Origin: Leucoraja ocellata | Taxonomy: Eukaryota | NCBI GenBank assembly: GCA_036785375.1 | Contig: JAWMAR010001278.1 | Location: 124,001-188,000 of the forward strand | Direction of reading: 5' to 3' | DNA: 64,000 nucleotides | Shown: positions 46,637 through 57,797 of the stretch, piece by piece | Layout: each line of letters opens with the position of its first letter | Numbering within the stretch: the first letter of the stretch is position 1 | Made by a program: the position numbers and the translations under genes | The notes under the pieces: model-generated | The model's database searches: none | The model's input: only the letters and a program-made list of their open reading frames with translations | What the model was told of the DNA's origin: nothing

Positions 46637-49259
46637 CTACCCCTTCCCCTGCTTGGACTGGAACCAGAGCTCCGCGTATTCCACCCCCTCGCCACTGTGC
46701 CCGGTGGCTCCGCTGCTCAGCACCTCCTGCAGGTTGGCGTACACGACCGCTTGCTCTTCCCCCTCTCCCGATTCCTCTCCTTCTTTCCGCTCCACTGGGG
46801 CCGGCCTGTTCTCTCCACTCCCCGCGCTCTGGAAGGAAAGGGAAGCAGACGGGCAGTTGTGGGTTTAGTACAGAGCAGTGTGGCCCGGCATTTAATACCA
46901 TCAGCGAGAAGGTTCACAACTCCTGAACTCCCACAGACCCAGGTTCAGCCATGTTGTTTATGTTCTCCTCTCACACACACTCGCTCTCCTTCTCTCTCCC
47001 CCTCTCTCACTTTCTCTCCCTCTCCTCTCACTCGCAGTTTCACACTTTCTCTCTCCCCCCTTTCTCCCTCTCCTCTTTCTCTCACTCGCTCACACTCAGG
47101 CACTGTGTCTCTCACACTCGCAATTTCACCCACTCTCTCTCTCCATCCTCTCGCCCCGTCTCCCCCTCTATCAAACTTTCTCTCTCTCTCACACCCACTC
47201 TCACGCCCACACACTCTCACATAGTTAGATAAATCAATATTCATACCCCCGGTTGCTAAATACTTTAATTCCCCTTCCCACACTGACTTTTCTGTCCTCG
47301 GTCGCCTCCATTGACAGAGTGAGGCTAAACACAAATTGGAGGACCAGCATCACATATTCCGTTTGGGCAGCTTACAGCCCAGTGATATGAACATTGATTT
47401 CCCTCACTTGAGGTAGCCCTGTGTTCCCTCTCTCTCCATCCCTCCCCCACCCAAGTCGCACCAGCTTCTCGTTTTCACCCAACAAACCACTAACAGTGGC
47501 CTGTTTCCTTTATCATCGTTACTTTGTTTACATCTATCTTTCATTCATTGTTCTTTATCTCTCTCTACATCATCATCTATATAGAGTCATCCATTGTGCA
47601 AACAGGCCCTTCCGCCCAACTTGCCCACACCGGCCAACATGTCCAGCTACACTAGTCCCATCTGCCTGCGCTTGGTCCATGTACCTTTCTAACTGTTTCT
47701 TAAACGTTGGGATAGTCCCAGCCTCAACTACCTCCTCCAGCAGCTCGTTCCATACACGCACCACTCTTTGTGTGAAAAAGTAACCCCTCAGATTTTTTTC
47801 CCCTTCACCTTGAACCGATGTCCTCTGGTCCTCGATTCCCCTACTCTGGGCAAGAGACTCTGTGCATCTACCCGATCTATTCCTCTCATGATTTTATACA
47901 CATCTATAAGATCACCCCTCATCCCCCTGCACTCCAAGGAATAGAGTCCCAGCCTCCTCAACCTCTCCCTGTAGCTCAGGCCCCTCGAGTCTCGACCGAA
48001 ACATCACCTGTTCCTTCTCTCCAGAGATTCTGCCTGTTCCACTGAGTTACTCCAGCTTTTTGTGCCCACTTTTGTATCATCTGTAGTTGAGATTAAATAC
48101 AAAGTTCCACTACCTGATTGGTGGCAGATTGTGGGCAGTAGATCACATTGGTGTCTTGGTTTCCTGAAGCATCTTCCCTCCTGCAGCAACAGAAGATCAC
48201 ACCAAGTTTACAGCACATCAGCAAAGTCCAAGTATAAAGTTGCAGTTGTATTAGACGTTGGTCATAAAGTCGTGAGGTTATTAATGATAGGAGCAGAATG
48301 AAGTCATTCGGCCCATCAAGTCTACTCTGCCATTCAATCATGGCTGATCTAACTCTTCTTCCTAATCCCATTCTCCTGCCTTTTTCCCCATAACCCCTGA
48401 CACCCGTACTGATCAATAACCTCTCTATCTCTACCTTAAACATATTGATTGGCTTGGCCTCCACAGCCTTCTGTGGCAAAGAATTCCACAGATTCACCAC
48501 CCTCTGACTGAAGAAACTCCTACTCTTCTTCCTAAAGGTAGTCCTTTAATTCTAAGGCTGTGGCCTCTGGTCCTAAACTCACTCGCCCACTAGTGGAAAC
48601 ATCCTCTCCACATCCATTCTATCCAGGCCATTCACTATTCATTAAATATCAATGAGGTCTTCCCCTCATCCTTCTAAACTCCAGTGAGTACAGGCCCAGT
48701 AAGTGTCAAACACTCATCATATGTTAATAATTCTCGTAAAAATCCTTTGGACCCTCTCCCGAGCCAACACATTCTCCCTCAGATATGGGGCCCAAAACGG
48801 CTCACAACAGTCTAAAGGCCATCTGTTGCTGGCTCTGATTTGTTCTAACTTTCTCAACCTTTCAGTCTGAAGAAGGTCCCGACCCGAAATGTCACCTATT
48901 CCTGAATCCCCAGAGATGCTGCCTGACCTGCTGAGTTACTCCAGCACTTTGTACCTGTCCATGTTCTCCAGAGCTGCTGCCTGACCCGCTGAGTTACTCC
49001 AGCACTTTGTACCTGTCCATGTTCTCCAGAGATGCTGCCTGACCCGCTGAGTTACTCCAGCACTTTGTGTCTGTGAACAGGAGTTAGCCTGGCAGAAGCA
49101 GTCATAAGCAGATGACAAAGAGATGGATTTGGAAGTAAAAATGTGGATTTATTTAAACTTACCGCAGTATATACTTGTAGATGATGAATCCAGCTAGCAC
49201 AGCCATCAGTATTATCCCTGCTGTAAGCAAAACTGCCTTCCAAATACTGAAGCATTTAT
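46637..49259 (-). CDS. Inverted paralogous TM + cytoplasmic cassette, complement(join(46637-46828,48114-48180,49163-49259)); no ectodomain exons seen in window (partial gene or pseudogene)
   Basis: Same exon lengths (97, 67, 192 nt), intact AG/GT and open frame: DKCFSIWKAVLLTAGIILMAVLAGFIIYKYILR...VVYANL...VEYAEL...QGKG*. Confidence 0.8.
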
Positions 49260-51008
49260 CTGTAAAAACAAGAGGTGTGTTTTCAGTTTTTACAGTTTAA
49301 TTTATTGTCACGTGTAACGAGGTACAGTGAAAAGCTTTTGTGTCGTGCTATCCAGTCAGCGGAAAGGCAATACATGATTACAATTGAGCTGTCCACAGTG
49401 TACAGATGCAGGACAAAGGGAATAATGTTTAGTGCAAGGTAAAGCCAGCAAAGTCCGATCAAAGATAGTCCGAGGGCCACCAATGAGGTAGATAGTAGTT
49501 CAGGACTGCTCCCTAATTGTGGTAGAATGGCCTGATAACACCTGGGAAGAAACTGTCCCTGAATCTCGAGATGTGCGTTTTCACACCAGTTCCATTATCA
49601 TGTATCTAAATACTGTAAACAGCCTGATTGTAATCATGTATGGTCTGTACACTGACTGGTTAGCACACAACAAAAGCTTTTCACTGTAGCTCGGTTAACA
49701 TGACAATAAACTAAACTGTAACGTAGTCTTATAGTAGAGTATAAATCATGAGTGGATTAGATCGGGTAGATGCACAGAGTCTCTTGCCCAGAGTAGGGGA
49801 ATCGAACATCAGAAAAAATAGGTTTAAGGTGAGAGGGAAAAGATTTAATAGGAATCTAAGGGGTAACATTTCCACACAGAGGGTGGAGGGTGTATGGAAT
49901 GTGTTGCCAGAAGCCGTTGAGGAAGAGACTATCCCAACATTTACAAAACAGTTATACAGGTGCATGGATAGGACTGGTTTGCAGGGATATGGACCAACCA
50001 CAGGCAGGTGGGACTAGTGTAGCTGGGGCACGTTGGCTGGTGTGGGCAAGTTGGGCTGAAGGGCCTGTTTCCACAATGTATCACTATAACTCTATGAGAG
50101 GATGTTCACACGGATATGGGCCTGTTTTCATGCGACGTCACTATGACTCAATGATATCTTGCCTGCCGCAGATGTTAGTTTCTAGTTGTTGTGCAAGCCA
50201 TTGGTGAGACGATATTTCAGGTATTTGCGTCCAGTTTTAGTCACACTGCTCTAGGAAGGAAGCTGGAAAGAGTGCAGAGATGATTCATGACAATAAACAA
50301 TAGGTGCAGGAGTAGGCCTTTCGGCCCTTCGAGCCAGCAGCGCCATCAATGTGATCATGGCTGATCATCCACATTCAGTACCCCGTTCCTGTCTTCTCAT
50401 CATAGCCCTTGACTCCGCTATCTCTAAGAGCGCTATCTAACTCTCTCTTGAAAGCATCCATTGAATTGGCCTCCACTGCTTTCTGAGGCAGAGAATTCCA
50501 CAGATTCACAATTCTCTGGGTAAAAACGTTTCTCCTCATCTCTGTTTTAAATGGCCTACCCCTTATTCTTAAACTGTGGCCCCTGGTTCTGAACTCCCCA
50601 ACATCGGGAACATGTTTCCTGCCCCTAGTGTCCAATCCCTTCACAATCTTACATGTTTCAATAAAATACTCTTTCATCCTTCTAAATGCCAGAGTATACA
50701 AGCCTAGCCGCTCGATTCTATCAAGATATGACACTCCCGCCATCCCGGGAATTAACCTGGTGAACCTACGCTGCACTCCCTCAATAGCAAGAATATTCTT
50801 CCTCAAATATGGAGATCAAAACTGCACACAATACTGAAAACAGATTGGATACTTTCAAGAGAGCTAGATAGAGCCCTTAAAGATAGTGGAGTCAAGGCAT
50901 ACGGTGAGAAGGCAGGAACGGGTGTCTGAATGTGGATGATCAGCCATGATCAAATTAAATGGCGGTGCTGGCTCCAAGGGCCAAATGGCCTACTCTGCTC
51001 CAATTGTC

Positions 51009-51225
51009 TATTGTCAAAGTACCCATTCAACTCGTCTGCCATTTCCTTGTTCCCCATAATAAATTCACCTGTTGTCTTCTTCAATATTCTAACTTCGGTC
51101 TGAACTAATTTTTTAAGAGGAAAAATTAGTTCAGACCGAAGTTAGAATCTTGAAGACGACAACAGGTGAATTTATTATGGGGAACAAAGAAATGGCAGAC
51201 GAGTTGAATGGGTACTTTGACAATA
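51009..51225. repeat. Near-perfect fold-back palindrome, ~105-bp arms, 6-nt loop
   Basis: TATTGTCAAAGTACCC...AACTAATTTTTT-AAGAGG-AAAAATTAGTT...GGGTACTTTGACAATA, about 3 mismatches. Confidence 0.93.
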
Positions 51226-52669
51226 TACCTAAAGAAGCTTTTACTATCCTCCTTTATATTCTTGGCTGGCTTACCTTCGTACCTCATCTTTTATACCCCG
51301 CATTACCTACTTAGTTATCTTCTGTTGCTCTTTAAAAGTTACCCAATCCTCTGGCTTCCCACTCATCTTGCAATGTTATACTTCTTCTCTTTCATTTTAT
51401 ACTGTCCTTGACTTCCCTTGTCAGCCACGGTCGGCCCTTACTCCCCTTGGAATCTTTCTCCTCTTTGGAATGAACTGACCCTGCACCTTCTGTATTATTC
51501 CCAGAAATACCTGCCATTGTTGTTCCAATGTCATCCCTGACAGGGTATTTTTCCAGTCAACTTTGGGCAGCTCCTCCCTCATGTCTCCATAGTCCCCTTT
51601 GTTCAACTGTAATACTGACATTTCTGATATTCCCTTCTCCCTCTCAAATTGTAGATTAAACCATATTAATCGTCGACTAGGTGCAGCTTGTCGTAGACAT
51701 TGTGTTGTCTTTGGGCCGCCAGGAAATTGTGTCCCCCCCCCCCCCCCCCCCCATGTTTTAAAAGTGATTTCCGCCCTTGAGAAGAGGGAGTGGCCGGGGT
51801 GAGACTGGCCCTTTGATGATGCTGCTGGCCTTGTCGCGGCAGCGTGAGGTGTAGATGGAGTCGATGGTAGGGAGGTTGGATTGTGCGATGGTCTGGGCTG
51901 TGTCCATAACTTAATGCAATTTCTTGCGGTTAGCACGCAACTAAAGCTTTTCACTGTACCTCGGTACACGGGACAATAAGCTAAACTGAACTAAACGAAC
52001 CACAGATACACCTTGAACCATCCCACCACAACCAGAGAGCAGTGTTGAACTACTATCTACCTCATTGGTGACCCTCGGTCTATCCTTGATCGGACATTAC
52101 TGCCTTTACCTTGCACTAAACATTATTCCCTTATCATATATGTAAACACTGTAAACAGCTTGATTGTAATCATGTATGGTCTGTACACTGACTGGTTAGC
52201 ACACAACAAAAGCTTTTCACCGTAGCTCGGCGCACACATGACAATAAACTAAACTGTAACGTAGTCTTATAGCAGTGCATCAATCATGAGAGGATTAGAG
52301 GTCGTTGAGGCAGAGACTATCCCAACATTTACGAAACAGTTATACAGGTGCATGGATAGGACTGGTTTGCAGGGATATGGACCAAGCGCAGGCAGGTGGG
52401 ACTAGTGTAGCTGGGGTATGTTGGCTGGTGTGGACAAGTTGGGCCGAAGGGCCTGTTTCTACAATGTATCACTATAAATCTGTTTAGACGGATATGGGCC
52501 TGTTTTCATGCGTTGTGACTTTATGACAATGATATCTTGCCTGCCGCAGATGTTAGTTTCTAGTTGTTGTGCAAGCCATTGGTGAGACGGTATTTCAGGT
52601 ATTGCGTCCAGTTTTAGTCACACTGCTCTAGGACGGAAGCTGGAAAGAGTGCAGAGATGATTCATGACA

Positions 52670-53824
52670 ATAAACAATAGGTACAGGAGTAGGCCATTCG
52701 GCCCTTCGAGCCAGCACCGCCATTCAATGTGATCATGGCTGGTCATCCACATGCAGTACCCCGTTCCTGCCTTCTCACCATATCCCTTGACTCCGCTATC
52801 TCTAAGAGCTCTATCTATCTCTCTCTTGAAAGCCTCCAGAGATTCACAATTCTCTGGGTAAAAACGTTTTTCTTCATCTTCATTTTAAACGGCCTACCCC
52901 TTATTCTTAAACTGTGGCCCCTTGTTCTGGACTCCTGCAACAGGAAGATGTTTCCTGCCTCTAGCGTGTTCAATCCCTTCATAATCTTATATGTTTCAAT
53001 AAGATCCCTTCTCATCCTTCTAAATTCCAGTGTATACAAGCCCAGCCGCTTCATTCTATCAACATATGACAGTCCCGCCATCCCGGGAATTAACCTCATG
53101 AACCTACGCTGCACACCCTCAATAGCAAGAATATCTTTCCTCAAATTTGGAGACCAAAACTGCACACAATACTCCAGGTGTGGTCTCACCAGGGCCCTGT
53201 ACATCTGCAGAAGGACCTCTTTGCTCCTATATTCAACTCCTGCTGTAATGAAGGCCAGCATGCCATTGCCGTTCTTCGCTGCTTGTTATACCTGCATGCT
53301 TACTTTCAGTGACTGATGAACAAGATCTCTTTGTACTTCCCCTTTTCCCAACTTGACACCATTCAGATAATAATCTGCTTACCTTTTTGCCACCAAAGAG
53401 CATAACCTCATATTTATCCACATTAAATTGCATCTCCCATGCACCCGCCCATTCACCCAACCTGCTGAGGTCACTCAGCATCCTCATAGCATCCTCCTCA
53501 GAGTTCACACTGCCACCCAGCTTTGTGTCATATAACCATATAACCTATACAGCTGGGGCAATTACTCCCCCCCGTCTGCATATTTGCTGATGGTGCTTTG
53601 AATCCCTTCATCTAAATCATTGATGTATATTGTAAATTACTGCATTCCCAGCACTGAGCCTTGCGGTACCCCACTAGTCACTGCCTGCCATTCTGAAAGG
53701 GACCCGTTAATCCCTACTCTTTGTTTCCTGTCTGCCAACCAATTTTATATCCATGTCAGTAGCCTACCCCCAATAACATGTGCTCTAATTTGGCCACTAA
53801 TCTCCTATGTGGGACCTTGTCAAA
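52670..53824 (-). mobile_element. CR1 LINE RT/3' region (right-arm copy)
   Basis: LVRPHLEYCVQFWSP and RLGLYTLEFRRMR motifs. Confidence 0.85.
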
Positions 53825-54243
53825 TCTATCAACACTATTACTAAAACTCTCATCTTGTCCTCTTCCCGTTTGCGTTGTTTTAAAATTTGCGCAAAAACGG
53901 TACCCAATATCGCTAGGATATATCGCCACCTTACTCACCGTCCTCTGCTCCAAGTGCACCAAATTTTGTTCTGATTACAAAAGTTATGAAGGTTTAAAAA
54001 ATCGTGAGATCAGTAGATCTCGCCTGTCAGTCACCATGAAGGTTACGCCCCTTCTGGCACCCGCTGTTAATCATCGGGCGGGGCGAGGAGAATAAAGCCC
54101 CGGAGGCGGAACTGAGTCCTCAAGTCGTGCTGATTGAGTCGTCGAGCCTTGCGGAGGAGGGAGACCAGCGAAGTGACCATAGCCCGCTGTGAGTCACATC
54201 GCACCCCCAACCCCTTCGCCTCTGGTCCTCCTCGTCGGGCTCC
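53825..54243 (+). mobile_element. Right-arm copy of the same Helitron (5' part, runs into N gap)
   Basis: A|TCTATCAACACTATTACTAAAACTC at the same CR1 site as 18587. Confidence 0.85.
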
Positions 54244-54443
54244 NNNNNNNNNNNNNNNNNNNNNNNNNNNNNNNNNNNNNNNNNNNNNNNNNNNNNNNNN
54301 NNNNNNNNNNNNNNNNNNNNNNNNNNNNNNNNNNNNNNNNNNNNNNNNNNNNNNNNNNNNNNNNNNNNNNNNNNNNNNNNNNNNNNNNNNNNNNNNNNNN
54401 NNNNNNNNNNNNNNNNNNNNNNNNNNNNNNNNNNNNNNNNNNN
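54244..54443. other. Assembly gap (200 N, probably nominal size)
   Basis: N run that ends the visible right arm of the inverted repeat. Confidence 0.98.
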
Positions 54444-55199
54444 GTTCTCTTCAAGTTCCTTGATTCTAATATTCCGCCACTCGACCTCTATAGGAGAACA
54501 GCACTTGCATTGTTTTTCTTGTCGTATCTCCCACCATGTTTTGACCGCTCATCATCACTGTGCCTGCTGGCGGTGGGCGGTCCCCCTCTCAGTAAATCAT
54601 CAACGTCAGTGAGTGACACGTTCGGTAACAGTGTCAAAGGCCACCAGGTAATGTTGAATGTCACACGAGTGATTCAGTATAAATCCGATTGGGTGGGAAT
54701 GAGCAGCTTTGGAAAAGGTTCGGTCCAACACTATACATACACGGGAATCTCGACATGTCAGAGTTTTTGAGGATTCGGACACGGTACCGTTCCGTTCACT
54801 TACCTGCTAGTTTGCCGGTCACAAAATAATTGGACTGAATTGATGGAGAATACATCTCAAGGCCTAAACTGCTTACTGCCCACCATTTCTTGGCCTGATA
54901 CAATGGGGTTTCGGTCGAGTGATGTCGCCATTCTACAATCATCTGCTAGTTTTCTGTGTACATCATAAATGGCATGGGGTTAATGTGAAACAAACCTCAC
55001 GGCCTGAGCTGCTTTCTGTCCACCATTGGTCTGTTGCATCTTCATTTCCATCTTGTCATGTCGGCATCATTGGCACATGTTTGAACGTTACCATCTCATC
55101 TGGCGTCATCTGGTGAGTTACATAGAAACATAGAAAATATGTTTCACATCTGTAGTGGTTAGTTTAGTTTAACATATGTAGTGGAGTTTAACATCTGTA

Positions 55200-56560
55200 G
55201 CGGTTAGTAGCTGGGGAATATTCGGAGGGATAGGTTATACAGACATTTGGATGGGCAAGGGGTGATTAGGGATAGTCAGCATGGTTTTGTACGTGGGAGG
55301 TCGTATCTCACAAATCTATTGGTTTTTGCTGAAGACTTGACCAAAAAGGTTGATGAGGGCAGAGCTGTGGATGTTCTGTACATGGACTTCAGTCAGACGT
55401 TCGGCAAGGTTCCGCATGGTTGGCTGCTCTGGAAGGTTAGATTGCATGGGATCCAAGTAGAGATAGCTGAACGGATAGAACATTGGCACCATGGAAGGAG
55501 ACAGAGTGTGATGGTGGAAAGTCACTACTCAGACTCGAGGCCTGTGACTGGTGGTGTGCCTCAGGATTCGGTGCTGGGCCCGTTACTGTTAGTCATCTCC
55601 ATCAATGATTTGGATGAGAACATACAGGGCATGATCAGCAAGTGTGCTGAAGATACAAATGTTAGTAGTTTTGCAGTTAGTACAATGGTTGTGAAAGGTT
55701 GCAGCGGGATCTAGATAGATTGGCCAGGTTGGCGGAGGAATGGTTGACGGAATTTAATAAAGAAAAGTGTGAGGTGGTGCATTTATTGACGTCGAACAAA
55801 GGCTAACCATGGTCATTGGTCATCGGCAAGTCTCAGATGCTGACAATCTGAAATAAAAACAGTAAATGGTAGGTCTCTGCGCAGTGTTCTAGAGCAGAGG
55901 GATCTAGGAGTATAGGCGCATGGTTCCTTGAAGGTCGAGTCGCAGGTAGATAAGGTGGTCAAAAAGGCTTTTGGCACTTTGGCCTTCATCAGTCATTGTA
56001 TTGAATTTGGAGTTTGGAATGTCATGCTACAGTTGTATAAGACGTTCGTGAGATTGCATTAAAAATATTGTGTTCAGTTCTGGGCAACATGTTATAGGAC
56101 ATATGTTGTCAAGCTTGAAAGGGTGGAGAAACCAATTAAGAGGATGTTGGCAGGATTAGAGGGTGTGAGCTGCAGGGAGACATTGAGTAGGCTGGGTCTC
56201 TATTCGACGGAGGAGGATGGGAGACCTTATAGAAGTATACAAGATCATGAGAGGAATAGATCGAGTAGATGTGCAGAGTATTTTACCCAGAGTAGGAGAA
56301 TCGAGGACCAGAGGACATAGGTTCAAGGTGAAGGAGAAAATATTTAATAACTAATCGGAGGGATAACTTGTTCACACAGAGGGTGGTGGGTGTATGGAAG
56401 AAGCTGCCAGAGGATGTAGTTGAGGCAGGGACTGGCCCATCGTTTAAAAATCTGTTGGGCAGTTACATGGATAGGACAGGTTTGGAGGGTTAAGGCATGT
56501 GGGACTCATATAGCTGGGACATTGTTGGCCTGTGTGGGTGAGTTGCGTCGAGGGGCCTGT
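55200..56560 (+). mobile_element. Degenerate CR1 LINE RT fragment
   Basis: SQHGFVRGRSYLTNL, VDVLYMDF and GVPQDSVLGPLL motifs. Confidence 0.85.
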
Positions 56561-57797
56561 AATACGCTATAACTCGATGAGATGCATAAAGTATCTTGCC
56601 CAGAGTAGGTGAACGAAGGGGAAGCGATTTAATGTAAATCTAAGTGGTACCTTTTGACACAAAGCTTGGCTGCATTGGACAAGCTGCAAGAGGAGGCAGT
56701 TGAGGCGGGGACTATCCCTACGTTTAACAGACATTTAGAAAGATACGAGGACAGGACAGATTTAGGACAAATGGGACCAGTGTAGCGTGGACATGTTGGC
56801 CGCTGTAGGTAAGTTGTGCCGAAGGGCCTGTTTTATGTTTTATCACTCTCTGACTATGACTGTTTGCCACTGCTGGCTGGGACAATGGAATCATCTCATG
56901 GATAGACAAAAATGCTGGAGAAACTCAGCGGGTGAGGCAGCATCTAAGGAGAGAAGGAATATGCGACGTTTCGGGACGAGACCCCTCTTCGAGACCCTTC
57001 TTTACGTGGCCCATTCCTCCTCTCCCCAGATGCTGCCTCACCCGCTGAGTTCTCCAGCATTTTTGACTACCTTCTATTTTTGCAGCATCTGCAGTTATTT
57101 CATAAACGATTAAACTCGTGAGTCAGTATTAAACATTATTTCAAAAATGCATGGAGATCACGTTTAACTATTGCAATATAGTCCGACCAAGTATATGAAT
57201 CTCGGTATAGGATTGGCCAATTTTGAGTTAAGACAAATCAGTGACTGGGCATTTAAAGAACCGCTGATGATGGAATCGTGAGCGTCTCTGTGCAGAAAAA
57301 AAATCACCACGAACGCATTCTTCAATGCGCCGCATATCATTAATGTGGGTAGTTTTTCATGTACAAAAAATAATGGCGAAAGCAAAGATGCAACAAAAAT
57401 AGGGCTCGTATCGCAACTTTCCGTGTAGATATAGAGGTTTTGATTTAACTTTGACAGGCAACGTCAACCGACTGGGCGTGGGAGGTGAGCGGTTTGCAGA
57501 CTCGCGATGAGGGAGAATACATATGCGGTCAATATTTGTTTTCTCCGACGTGTCCGAACAATTGTGAGGCGTTGTGGATCTTCACCTGAATATCACGTGG
57601 TTCTTCACAATATTATGCAACATTCTGTGAACAACAGGCTTGCTCGGGGACTGTGATCAACATGGAGCTAATGACACACAAAGGTCCCGCAGGGATAATC
57701 CCGTTCCTTCATATAAGTGAACCTTTCCAATGAGCCATTCCACAATCAAATAAGGAATTAACCTAAACGCCATTGGAGGATAAACGGTGTCAAGGAA

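Larger units (their letters stand above)
36200..54243 (-). repeat. Right arm of large inverted segmental duplication
   Basis: Mirror of 18161-33851. It carries extra sequence at ~37236-40989 and 41459-42697 and lacks the left-arm inserts 20854-21368 and 25946-28575. Confidence 0.92.

Noticed and set aside
18161-54243. Inverted repeat as a pure sequencing fold-back artefact
   Set aside because: The arms differ by many substitutions and by private TE insertions with TSDs, and the centre is gap-free. A haplotype mis-join is not fully excluded.
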